Shown here: positions 1-11,860 of the stretch, in pieces
Layout: each line of letters starts with the position of its first letter
How positions within the stretch are numbered: position 1 is the stretch's first letter
Source: the human T2T-CHM13v2.0 reference genome, Homo sapiens
DNA length: 64,000 bases
Strand: one strand, 5' to 3'
NCBI RefSeq assembly: GCF_009914755.1
Contig: NC_060926.1
Notes under the pieces: model-generated
What the model was told of the DNA's origin: nothing
Databases searched by the model: none
What the model saw: only the letters and a program-made list of their open reading frames with translations
Program-made: the position numbers and the translations under genes

Positions 1-496
1 GAAATTTGAAAACAAAAAATGAAAATACAAAACACAATTTGGAAAGATGGGTTATGTAAAACAATTGGAGCATGGAGTGAGTGGTGGGGAAGAAAGTAAA
101 GTGATCTTGCATAAATAGCCTAATTTCTCTACATATTTTTCATATTAAACACCCAAAAGAACAGCTTATTTTTGTCTGATATTTAAGTTATGTTTATAAA
201 GATTTTATTGAGCAGAATGTGATCAACACTGCTGGTATTACAAAGCATAGGGGCATGTTGTAGATTAATTTGTATGATGTATCCATATACGGTTTATATG
301 CATATATAGCATAAACGCTTCCTTCAAGATTGGTATATGTGTAACCTAAATTAGTCTCTAGCTCCAATTCTGATACTGTTTAAGTATGTAACATTGGCTA
401 AGTTATAACATTTCTAAAATGTAACTAGACGGTCTATAATTCTTTCAGCCAAAACCTTTTGGAGTGATCTTATGACTTTGTGATTCAAGGCTGAAT

Positions 497-723
497 ATTT
501 GGAATCAGACTGTCCTGGATTGAAATCCTAGCTCTCCTGCTTGCCAGTTGTGTAAACTTTATCATTTTGCTGTAATACAGTGTATTCTCTAATCCTCAAA
601 TCCCTCTTATATAAAACTAAAAATAGTGTCTATCTCATAGGATTGCCTTTAGATTTAGTGTAAAGTGCTTAGCCCATTTCTGTCACATAGTGAGTACTTA
701 ACAGATGCTGCCTATTACTATTG
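497..723 (+). mobile_element. MIR SINE
   Basis: ggaatcagactgtcctggattgaaatcctagctct ... ctcataggattg ... taaagtgcttagc...cacatagtgagtacttaa matches the MIR core and 3' end. Confidence 0.8.
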
Positions 724-1271
724 TGCGATTCCATACTGATTAGTAAAAGAATCATATCCACTTAATTTCTGGGCCTTTGAATGTCAAAAACTAGGCCTGT
801 GTCATTCTAATAAGCATGATTAGGCTTTTTAAATAAACATTATTCACCTCAGTCTTGGGCAGTGATTTCTCATGCTTGAATTTTAGTTTTGGCTTTCCTA
901 AGACTTCTTAGTTTAGCTTCTGGCACTCTTTCCAAGACTTATTTATTTTGGAAAACTAATATGACTCATGTCTCAAGATAACTGGCCCTTGACTGCCATA
1001 CTTGATTTAGTTTGCCCACAGTTCTTGGTAAAAGATCCTGCTACTACTGAGCCCAGTCCCATGGAATCAGCTCTAACTAAGCTATCACTTCAGACATAGA
1101 AGAGTAAAGAACAAAGAGTAAAGAAGGCAATGAAGATAAACAACTGAGTGTCCACAGGAACTGGTGGCACCCTATTTTCACAAAAGAATTGGCATTAAGA
1201 ATTGGAATGGTCCTTGGAAGTTTCTATTCTAACACATATTTTCAGAGTGTAAAAAATGATCACAAATTCTA

Positions 1272-1292
1272 CCCCCACCCCCACCCCACCCC
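1272..1292 (-). repeat. (CCCCA)n tract, a G-quadruplex-capable G4-G4-G5-G5 run on the minus strand
   Basis: cccccacccccaccccacccc read directly. Confidence 0.7.
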
Positions 1293-1489
1293 ACATCAAG
1301 AAGTGAGTCTATCTAGTTTCTCGCTTCTTGAGTCTGGACTAGTCTTATTACTTGCTTTTCTGACATACATGACATAGAATAAAATAGAGTAGGTTTTGAT
1401 TCTCAGACTAAAGATTTGTATATTTCATCTCTCTCTCTCCCCCACCTCTCCTTTCATCTTTTCCTCTCTCTCTTTCTCTTTTTCTCTCG

Positions 1490-1780
1490 GAGAATGTTTA
1501 GCATATGAGCAAGCCAGTTTAACCTATTGGTGGGTGAGAGACCATGTGTAGAGAGGTCCCATTCATCCCAGTCTTTCTAGTCAAAGTCATCTTAAACTAG
1601 CCAACCCCCACCCAACCCAAAAGCTCTTGCCAAATGCAAGAGAAAACTTGATATACAAGAAGAAAAAATAAAGCCCAGCTAAGCCCAGACAAATTGTTGA
1701 CTTACAGAATTATGAGCTAAAAAAACTGGTCATTGTTTTATGCACTAAGTTTTGCATAACTGCTATACTAAGCAATGCAT
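1490..1780 (+). mobile_element. MaLR LTR fragment (MLT1F/H-like 3' part)
   Basis: aagcccagacaaattgttgacttacagaattatgagctaaa...ttgttttatgcactaagtttt resembles the MLT1 3' end. Confidence 0.65.
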
Positions 1781-3675
1781 GAATCACCTCTAAAATACTG
1801 CCTACAAGTGGCCAAATAGCTATTGCATTAAGGAAGAAATTTTCTCCCCACATTCATTTTCATGAGTGTGAGGATACTATATGGCTCAATAATTAGCGTA
1901 GGTCAACCTTTCAAACCCTTTAAAGTATTAAAGTAATCACGTGAGTTTTCATTATAACAGATTTAAATCACAAATGAAATTGTCAGTTTATTTTTGAGTT
2001 ACCAAAATCCTTACACAGCTTTTAAAGTTGCATTGTACACTGTTTTGCTTTCTCATTTACTTTAACCCAGAAATACTTTCTAAGCTTAAGTACATTCAAA
2101 ACTTGTTTTTTTCTCACCTGATTCTACTGATCTCTGGGATTTGTTATTTTCAGAATCCATTGTTTGTTTTGCTAACTTTTTCTCGCACTGTATTACCTTT
2201 CTTGGCTTAAAAACCCAATAGGCTTGGTAAGCCAGATGTACGCCTGTCCAACCAGCTCACCCCAGTTTGAATCACTACTCTTTCATCTTCTCTGCCTTCC
2301 CAGTATGGCTTAGATATTCTCAAGCCTTGGCTTGCTTCCAGTCTTTTCAGAACAGTATTCTGAATTATGTCTATAGCATTTGTTTTAACTTTTTTTTGTG
2401 GAGCGGGGGGAAGCTCAAATGTTCTGATTATTTATTCTGTGGATTTCTGCAGTGGACCAGTGAGGATTCTGCCTGTCATAGTTATCTCCATCAATCCATC
2501 AGCTAATTGCACGACCTTTTCTTAAAAATGCAATTTTGTTGCAATCACTGTTCTGCACACTCTGACCCATTATGGTGATGAAAGAAAATTAAACCACATT
2601 CTAAAATATGAAAAAAAGCAAAGAACAGTGTGATGAAATGAAATGGTTATGTCTATGTGCTGAAATGTAAATGTGGGCAAATTCTTTTTCTGTAGGGAGT
2701 TTTTATGTGAAGCTCTTTTGGAATAAATATAAAAGATAAAGACTGGAGTTAAATAGAAGTGTTGAATTGACTCCCCAGACCTATGCCTTCCACATCATGT
2801 TTATGCAATTGTGTTTTAAAGTCAATGTCTATATTCATCTGAAAATATCACCCAAGTGCTTTATCCCATCTACAAAAAGAATCATATTTGAGAACTGCCT
2901 AGTGGGTAGGCATAGACGTCTCAATCCCTGTATAGCCTTGAGATGAAACTATCTAGGGGGTCTAAAAAATGAAAGTCTTCAACATATATCTTTCAATAAT
3001 TATTTTTTGTGTTAAGAACATTAAAAATCCATCATCCTTGAATTAAAAATTGCATGAGCTAAAAATCACACAGGTTATATATATTGAATGGAATAAAATG
3101 AGAAGTATACTATATTGACCAGAGGTAAGATACTGTTGTATTATCCTTACAGAATTTAAATGAAATCATAATTTCTATTTATAGGCAAGCTATATGGTAT
3201 TGAGACAAGGAAATAATTTACAACTGTTATAGTTATAGAAAGGTTATTTCTAATTTTATCTCATGGAGTTAAAATAGAAACTTAATTTTAAGTTAATCTC
3301 ACTTTTGGGAGTGTAATAGTGCAACCTCTTTGTTAGCAAGAATATTTTTAACCTAACTGTATAAAGCATTAACACATTGTGTAATATCACTTATCCTGTA
3401 GGAAATCATCAAAATCTGATGATTACGGAAGACTGGCTTTACAAGTTCAAGGGAGAATATCTCGACTCCAGTAAATTCCATCAAGACTGAGAAAAGTGTG
3501 ATCACGGGCAGTTAGAAAGTATAGCAAATTCATATCCTTAGGCTGCTTTCTAAGGATATCAGTGAAAATGAAATCAGACCTTTCTTAAAATGCGGTTATC
3601 TAACACAGTATTTTAGAATTAAACTTTTAATCTGTTTTCTTATATGACTATTGAGTATTGTTATCCTTCACTTTT

Positions 3676-3990
3676 GTTGTTTTGTTTTGTTTTGTTTTGT
3701 TTTGTTTTGAGACGGAGTCTCACTCTCTCTCCCGGGCTGGAATGCGATGGCGCGATCTTGGCTCACCGCAACTCCACCTCCCGAGTTCAAGCGATTCCCT
3801 TGCCTCAGCCTCCCAAGTAGCTGGAATTACAAGCTCCTGCCACCATACCTGGCTAATTTTTGTATATTTAGTAGAGACGGGGTTTTGCCATGTTGGCTAA
3901 GCTGGTCTTGAACTCCTGACCTCAAGTGATTCGCCCGCCTCGGCCTTCCAAAAGTGCTGGGATTACAGGCGTAAGCCACTTCACCAAAGA
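3676..3990 (-). mobile_element. AluS (Sx/Sz-like) with a (TTTTG)n tail
   Basis: Full Alu dimer. Perfect 16-bp TSD gttatccttcactttt at 3660-3675 and 3991-4006. Confidence 0.96.
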
Positions 3991-6900
3991 GTTATCCTTC
4001 ACTTTTTATGTACATTTGCATTCTTGTACTTTTTGCAAAAATATAACTGCCAGTTTAGCACCTACTAGACAAACTAGTTCAACATCGTTCAATTTTCACA
4101 TGAAAATTAGCATCCCACCTAGTTGGGGTGATCTTCCCATTCTGTTCTTTTTTCTTTTCAAATGAGTAAAATCATTAACTTCATAGAGGCTTTATTTATC
4201 CATTTATCCTATTCACTGAACACCTTTACCAAGTGTGTTACTAGTTTAGTCTCTGGGTTTCTAAGAATAGATACGTTTTTTCCTAAGCAGGTCACAATCA
4301 ATTGTTGGATATAAATGATTTTCATACAACTAATTCCCAAGCATACCCTTCAATTTAAACCAGAGCAACACAGCTACCCACCCTCAAAGACAAAAGGAAA
4401 AATATATTTGTGCTCTATTTATAAATTGCCAATATTTTAAAAAGAGAATGAAAAACTTTGACCTTATGCTAGAACTTGCCGTTTTTATTATAAAAAGTTC
4501 CACAATTTCATCTGTGCATTACTATGATTCATCCCAAAATTGTTTTAAAGGGTAAGTATTCCCAATAAAATTAAGATTCAATTTGGAAACAATATATCTA
4601 TTTCATAAAGTAAGGTGGACTTCTGTGACAAGATCATCCTATAGATGAATTGAGACTTGACTGAAGTAAGGAAATGTTTCTTCACCAGCTTTATTCAGAG
4701 AAAGTGGCTTAAGTCATCGACTTAGGGTTCCATTGTCTGCATTCTTTCCTGTTAGATACTCAGTAAATATAATTAGATTGATTAACTGACTAAACAAGTC
4801 TTACTTACTGCATGAGAAGAACTATCTCTGTAAAAGGAAATCTCCCTTAGCAGCCAAATTTTCTGAATGATGTCTTCAATGTGAAGAGTAATAAGTATTT
4901 TCCTCCACAGAAACCTGACCCAATATCAGCCTGGTGAAGAGACCTAGACCTCTGGCCATTAGTGTGAAGTCAATGCTATTGACAATCATCAAAGATTTTC
5001 ATCCTTTCCACTAGAGTACTTAAGAACTAAATATCATTGATGAGAACTAAAGCCTGTTGATGTGTTCCTGTAATTTTAATTAATAATACATTAAATTTTT
5101 TTCCTGATTGTATGAACATATATCATTTAACAATGATTTATACCAAAGCCATTAGGAAAGATTTAGTGTCATATCACAGCCAGTTATTCTCTTTTCTTCT
5201 TCCTTACCCCTAAAAAATGTCCCAGATGCAGAAAGTCATAATCTGATATTCAGATATTTACATTTAAAAGGTTCCTGTCTTTTAAAGAGTTTTCAAAGTT
5301 CTATCTTTGTCTAAAATATATAGTTTAGAAAATATAATGTACATGTGTATTGCATATATGTATATTACAAATTTAAGGATGTATATGTCACTCGCTATAT
5401 ATGTAATTAACATATTTAATCATGAGCACTATGCCTTGCATATGTAGCACAGCCTCAGCCATAAGTCATACCTAGAGAGGAGTGTGATGGAAACAACCAG
5501 AACCTCGTAACAAGATTGAGTAAACCAACTGACATCTTTTAGACTGAGATATCAAGTACAATGAGTTAAACTGTTAAAGCAAATTCAAATCTGCTCCAAG
5601 TGAGCATTAATTTTTAACATGTATTATACATGTCACGACTTCTGAGCAGTGTTAATCAGGTGAGAATTCTCAGATGAGAACTAAGGTTATATGTCAAGGA
5701 AGCGGGAATTTGCGCACCGTGGGAAGAATTCCTCTGTATGATGGACAGAAACAGAGTTGGAGTCCAACAATGATTACTGTGTGGAAAGTGATCACCAGAG
5801 AAGAGGGAAGGCGGAAAGTATAGTTACACAAAAAAGCAAGTCTAAGTTTCAATCAGGTGATCTCAAATAAGTCAATTCCAAATGTCACTTAAGGTACAGG
5901 GACTCCAACAAACTGTGTCAAACATTTAAGGTGAGCATATAGGGACTGATTAGACTGGATTATGAATGATATGTAAAGGAAGAAATACCATGGAATACTC
6001 TCCCTTAGACCAGGTTGGACACTGTGAAATGAATGGGTTTCATTGTTGCTACTTTTTATGTTCATTATTTTAGTTAAATAAACTCCTTTTTTTAAAAAAA
6101 ATTGAAATTATATAACAGAGTAAAAATAGAATTCACTTTATACAGTGTAGAGAGTTTCTGGTTATAAAACAGCTGAGATGTAAACCATAAATGAGGAGAT
6201 GAAACATAAGTGATTCGAACATAAGCAAGATCATTCTAAAAATAACTATCAGGGAACAAGGGAGTTCAAGATGTTAAGATCCCTTATCTATGTGGAAAAA
6301 TGGATGATAACTTTGTCAATCCCCTCTCTAGAAATGAAAACAAAGAAAAATTTAAAAATGAAAAGGTTATTAGCAAATGGTCCAGAAGTAGGCCAGGCAG
6401 TAGAAAGCATGATTTTGTTAGCCATTAGTTACATAGAGCAGGTTATGTACGTCCCTACCTGGAAAGTCATAAAACATTCCTGAAAATCCTAGCTGGCATT
6501 TCCAGCAAATTGTGAGAGAACACAGTTTACATTCTGAAGCCCAAGAAGCATTGTTTTTTTAATATTATGTACCATTTCACTACTTACCATTTCAAGAGTA
6601 TAAAATAACAATAGAATTGGCCTTCTCATTCTGATATTTTAGAAAATTCCACATTTTCACGGTTCCTATTGCAAACAAGAATAAAATCTTTTGGCAGAGC
6701 CTGACTATAAAAAGATCTAGAAGCTATTCTTATAATGTAAAAAAAGAGTATGTTTTTATGACCTTGCCAATTTCTCTATTGATAAAGAGTAGGAAGTGTG
6801 GATATGATCTATAAACATATTTTTAAATGACAGGCATAGATAAAGAATTCTCTGAAGCAGAATAATTTATGGAACAAAAGCAGTTAAGGATGAAAACATT

Positions 6901-7639
6901 TATCATGGGAAATGGGAATACTGTGAGTAAAAAGTTCAAGAATAAAGTATGATTTATGATAATAGAGATTCTCACAATATTTTCAGAACTATAGTTGAAT
7001 AAAAATATGTAGTATTTGATTGAAAACCAAAACAGTGGATTAATGTAACTAGAAAAGTTTGGGTTTGGGCCAACAGCGGACATTGAAATATGAGTATATT
7101 TTTAGAATAAACATCTATATATAGCTCCAGTGAATTCACTTTGATTAAAAGATAATTCAATGGATAAATTGGATAAAATATGTAAAAAAAAATTCTCTGG
7201 CTCTGATGACAAAAAGGCAGTTTCACAGATTTGCTATCAGAAATTACTTTTTCATAGAAACCTACATATATTTCTCTTTTATTCTGATATGAGCTTCTCA
7301 TGTGAGATTAGTCAGTGTGAAGTCCAGTATAGCTCAGACAAAGCTGACCACAGCATAGAAACCCCTGCCAACACTAAGGTCACACCCCTCTCTGGGGTGT
7401 GACTGACCAGATGCAGGCCTGTCTTTCCCAAAGAACCATGGCTGCCACTTCTGTGGGATGAAGGCCTTTTTTAATGGAGAATATCTAGTCAAATGTCTCC
7501 GTAATATTACCTTCATTGTTCGTAGAGTAAAATGTAAAGGGTTGTAACTTCAGAGGAACTGTGCACAGGCAGGGAGGTGGGTGAAGTTGACCTAATGCAG
7601 AGATGGGGAGCCACAGCTCAGGGTCAGGTTTGTCATCTC

Positions 7640-7810
7640 TTAATTCTGTTTATGCCATTGACTTGTTATTGGATGGTGCACAGGTAATTGATTTATCTGG
7701 CTAAGTTTTCTTATTACTAAAATGAAGTTAACATCTGCATCATACAGTTATAGGAACAGGGCCTGGGACAGAGGAAACTCTCGGTAAATGTTGGCTATTG
7801 TAATTATTAC
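7640..7810 (+). mobile_element. MIR fragment
   Basis: Degenerate core; 3' end aacagggcctgggacagaggaaactctcggtaaatgttggctatt. Confidence 0.55.
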
Positions 7811-8018
7811 CTTAGTATGACATCCTCCCGAATTCTTCATAACTTTTTGGTAACTGGTAAGAGATGTTGAGGGGTAACAAGATCCTGCTGGGGTACCATT
7901 CTCCTTGACTTCCTTCAAAGGTCAGATTTTGCTGGCCTTAAACCACAAGTCATCAGTAAATGTACCATTGTGTTCCGGAATTGTAAAGTATCTAGTGGAG
8001 GCTTTAAGAAGACACCGA

Positions 8019-8048
<30 letters not shown>
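8019..8048. repeat. (GTT)10 microsatellite
   Basis: Read directly. Confidence 0.95.
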
Positions 8049-8049
<1 letters not shown>

Positions 8050-8254
8050 TCAGGATTATACTTAATTTAGTCAAGACAGATTTCTTGTGATGTAGGTTCC
8101 GTGTCTTGAATAAATAAGTACAATTCTGGAAAAAAAATGTTTCAAATAATGGTAATATTAGGGAGACATATAAAAAATTTAGGGAGCCCTAAAAAGCCTG
8201 AGATAGAATTGGTTTCAGATGACACTAAGTATCTCGTATTTCCAAGGTACTTTG

Positions 8255-8430
8255 GGAGAGGCAGCATGGCACTATAGAAAGAGCACAAACTTTGTAAACA
8301 GACTGGACTAAGTCCTGCTCACTTACATGTAACCTGGGGTAAGATTCATTTATAGAAGCTTCAATTTTCTTGACTGATGTAATACATATGTGCCTGATTT
8401 CTGTGAAAATTAAGAAATGAATGTACAATA
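8255..8430 (+). mobile_element. MIR fragment
   Basis: gagaggcagcatggcactatagaaagagcacaaactttg...cagactgg is the MIR 5' end. Confidence 0.7.
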
Positions 8431-8576
8431 CCAAAATAATACTTCAGTGTCAGCTCTCAGGAAAGGAAAATCAAAGACCTCTGTTTAAGCATTGCATGTT
8501 TGCTGATACCATGTCAGTACCACACATAGCTTCCTCAAACCATTTGAGTAATTCTTAGATCCTGGATTCTCTTGGG

Positions 8577-8734
8577 TTCTATGGTTTGAATATTTGGCCC
8601 CTCCAAAGTTAATGTTGAAATTTAGTCCATCCATAAGGACAAAGCCCTCATGAGCCAGTCTCCTCTTAAAGTGCCACAGTAGAGATTAAGTTTCAACATG
8701 AGGTTTAGAGGGGGCAGATATTCGAATCACAGCA
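8577..8734. mobile_element. Two MST (MaLR) LTR 5' ends joined in inverted orientation (fold-back)
   Basis: 8577-8628 on + and 8683-8734 on - both read like the MST start tgctatggtttgaat...aaactcatgttgaaa. The arms match at 39 of 52 positions. Confidence 0.75.
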
Positions 8735-9192
8735 GGCTGCTATAACAGAATACCATAGACTAGGTAGCTTAAACAACAGAAATTAATTCCTCAAAGTGCT
8801 GGAGGCTGAGAAGACCAAGATTAAGGTGTCAATGAAGTTTCATTCCAAAGCATCTTCTCTTGGTTGATAGGCTTCTCGCTGTGTGCTCACATGAATTCTT
8901 TACAATGTGTGTGTAGAGGGGGAGAAAGATACTTAAATTTCTGCCCAGTCTCTTGAAAGATCACCTTGGCTTTCATCTCATAATTCTCACCTGATCCATA
9001 CTGTTCAGAAGTCTTAACATACATAATCCATTTTAGAAATGATGTGGCCATGAATCCTATTGGATTGGAGCCCTGCCCTGAGATTTCATTTTTTAAATTT
9101 TCCTCTGAAAGACTCTATTTTCAAATATAATCATATTGGGGGTTAGTGTTTCAACATACGAAGTTTAGGTGGGGGATACAAGTCAGTCTCAC
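8735..9192 (-). mobile_element. MaLR LTR (MLT1A-like) interrupted by a ~115-bp non-LTR insert at ~8931-9045
   Basis: ggctgctataacagaataccatagact...ctggaggctgagaagaccaagattaaggtg and ...ttgggggttagtgtttcaacatacgaagttt. Confidence 0.8.
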
Positions 9193-9199
9193 TGAAGAT

Positions 9200-10650
9200 A
9201 ATAAGGCATAATTACTGAGGGGGATTTATATATAGGTAGAAAAGTAGAGTGGGAACAGATCTTGAAGGTCTTCTAGACTAGTCTAAGGGGTTTGATTTTA
9301 TCCTAAGAGATCCAAAAATCATTGAACAGGTTTAAAACAACAAAGTCTGATATGCGTTTTTCAAAAAATTACTCTGGTGGCTATGTGGAATATTAGATGT
9401 AAAGAGGAAAAAGCATAAACAGGAAAACTAGTTAAGACTACTTCACAGTCAAAAAATAACTTGGGTGAGGACAGCAGTAGGAGAAATGGCATAAGTGAAA
9501 TGGGCTAAGATATGACATAGAGTTAGTCAACAGGGTTTGTGAATAAAGTTAATGAAAGGGAATGATGAAATAGAAGCACAAAGTCTTCTAAGTTTCTTAT
9601 GAGCTGCTGTGTGGTTAGAGGTACCATTTGCTAAAATGGAGAAGATTGAAGGAAGAACATTTTGGGGTTGGGTTGGGCTAGATCCAGAGTTTTGTTTTTA
9701 GATTTGTTGAGGTGCCCTTCTAGATATTCAAGTGTAGGTGTCAAATAGGCAGACTTATAAATCTTGAGTTAAATCAGGCTTAGTGTTAACTTAAGAGTTA
9801 TAGATAATATTTAAATCCATGTAACAATTTGAAAATTATAGCTAGTATTTAAATCCACTGGACTAAATGAGATGCCCTAGGAAGAAAGTTTCCATTAAAA
9901 CAAAAGAGTCTCAGAATTAAGTCTCAGGGCACAACATTTAGAAGGCCAACATAAGAGGAGGCACCAACAAAGAGAACCAAAGATGGCTATAAAGTTAGAA
10001 AACCAGAAGAATGTGGTGTCATGGAAGCCAAGAAAAGATAAGCTAGCAAGAAGGGAATAGGCACCTGAGTGAAACCCTGCTGAGAAGGGAAGATGAAGAC
10101 AAAGAAGTGACTATGAGATCAGGTTACATGGGAGGAATTGGTGACTTAGAGGAGTTTCAATGGAGTGGTGTTGATAGAAGCCACCTAAGTGTAGATTGAA
10201 GGCAGAATAGGAAGTGTGGAAATGGAAAATGACAACATATGCTAGTGTCCCTTAACCCCAGATCCACCCATGGAACTTTAGAGAATTTCCAATGCCTGAT
10301 CCCATACCAGAAGTAGAGGGATGAACTTGAAAGTATTTTTGAAGCTGGAGTATTTTTAATGAGTTTCCAGGTAATTATAATGTTGCTGTCAATGTTGTGA
10401 ATCACTATTATAGACAAATGTTTCTAGAAGTTTTTGAGTGTGTGTGACAGCAGAGGGGTGACCATGTGGCAAGAAAAGTATATGTTATTACTGTAGTTTT
10501 GATTGTATTTTTAATAGAAAATACAAGAGGATATTATGAATTCATGAGGAAAATCCTATATAAAGGGAGAGAAACTGATGATTCAGGATTAAGAGGAAAC
10601 AATAGCAAAAGGAAATTTCTTGAGGAGGGCAGAGGGGACAGAAACTCTGC
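9200..10650 (-). mobile_element. L2 LINE fragment, interrupted by MER5
   Basis: Purine-rich antisense L2 motifs: gtttgattttatcctaag, attactctggtggctatgtgga, tagatattcaagtg, gtgtcatggaagccaag. Confidence 0.85.
10243..10407. mobile_element. MER5-like hAT-Charlie DNA transposon inserted in L2
   Basis: tagtg...cacta termini; internal tttttaatgagtttccaggtaattataatgt...gttgtgaatcact. Confidence 0.65.
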
Positions 10651-11544
10651 ATAATTTTAGAAATCACATCTGATGGTAACAAGGGTAGGCATTTTCGTTT
10701 TAACCACTGGAGGAACTCAACTTGCTTGGTTTGCACCTATACTCTGATCCTGAGTAGGGAAAGGTAGAAAACAAGGCCTTAAGCTTTTTTTTTTTTTTTT
10801 GTGCTTTAATTAAATCTTAATTTCCCATAGAAACATTAGTCTTGGAGTCATGATCAGGAGGTAAGTCAACATACACATAAAAATACTCACCTATCCTTTA
10901 TTTAGTTAAATAAGAATGAACAATCCATTAATCTATTTAATACAGAACTTTCCAAAGTTTAAGTACACAAGTTTAACCACTTATACCTGACATAGACAAA
11001 TATATAAATAAAATGAAAATTCACTGCCTAAACTGATATTCAATGAGTTATTACAACATATTAGGAAGAGATGCTCTCATCAAGAATGGGAAATAAAGGT
11101 TACTTTTCAGTCAATAGTACAGAAAGCTTTGAAGATTCTAAAGCTTAATGTCTTCATAAAAAATTAGTCTTTTCTCAGATTGTAAAGAAGTTACCTGGAT
11201 TTGTAAAGAAAAGAAGTGGTTTAATTCAACCTCCAGAATCCACCAAATTGAGTGAGATTTTATTGTCACACTATTTTGAAATTCGTCTAGTTCAAGAGAA
11301 GAATAGAATTTGCTCAGGGTTGTAATCCAAAGAAGTCAAGACCTCAGCATATGGAAGAATCCTCTAATCCCCCTGATGTACTGATTGATTTGTGCGGCTG
11401 CAAATTTTTCCTAACAACTAGAGGCAATAGAAAATAGATTTCTGGTCCCTGGAGCCCTATTAAGAAATAAGTTTGCATTCAGATATCTATGTACAAATGC
11501 ATTCATGCCAATGTCATTTGTAATAATACTTGCACACAGATAAA

Positions 11545-11860
11545 ATTTAACAATCAACGACAGGGGACCAATCAACTAAATCATGATACTTCTATTAGGT
11601 TATGATACAGCCATTGAAATATTTACAAGGTGTCTTTTATTAAGAAATTTCTTAGGAAGTGAGGTAAAATATAAACACACAAAATATAGTATGTTTTTAG
11701 CTAGCCGAAAAAGACATACAAAATAAATATCAAAGGTAATGTTACATATGCTTATTTTTGGGTAGTGAAATTGTCTGTGATTATCACTTTTTATTCTTCC
11801 CTTTCAGCATATTTGAGTTTTCACAGTGTGCATACATTGCTTCTATATTTGAAAAAAAAT
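11545..11860 (+). mobile_element. Ancient L1 (L1ME-like) 3' fragment
   Basis: caggggaccaatcaactaaatcatgatac...gatacagccattgaaa...tttgggtagtgaaatt pattern. Confidence 0.55.

Noticed and set aside
3532-3559. Perfect 10-bp hairpin atatccttag-N8-ctaaggatat
   Set aside because: About one such stem is expected by chance in 64 kb of AT-rich DNA, and there is no supporting context.
3658-4165. Alu-overlapping ORFs here and at 14051-14416, 28082-28482, 32916-33107, 36246-36560, 42220-42501, 44442-44869 and 56427-56929
   Set aside because: These are typical Alu translations ([25 protein letters not shown]), not genes.
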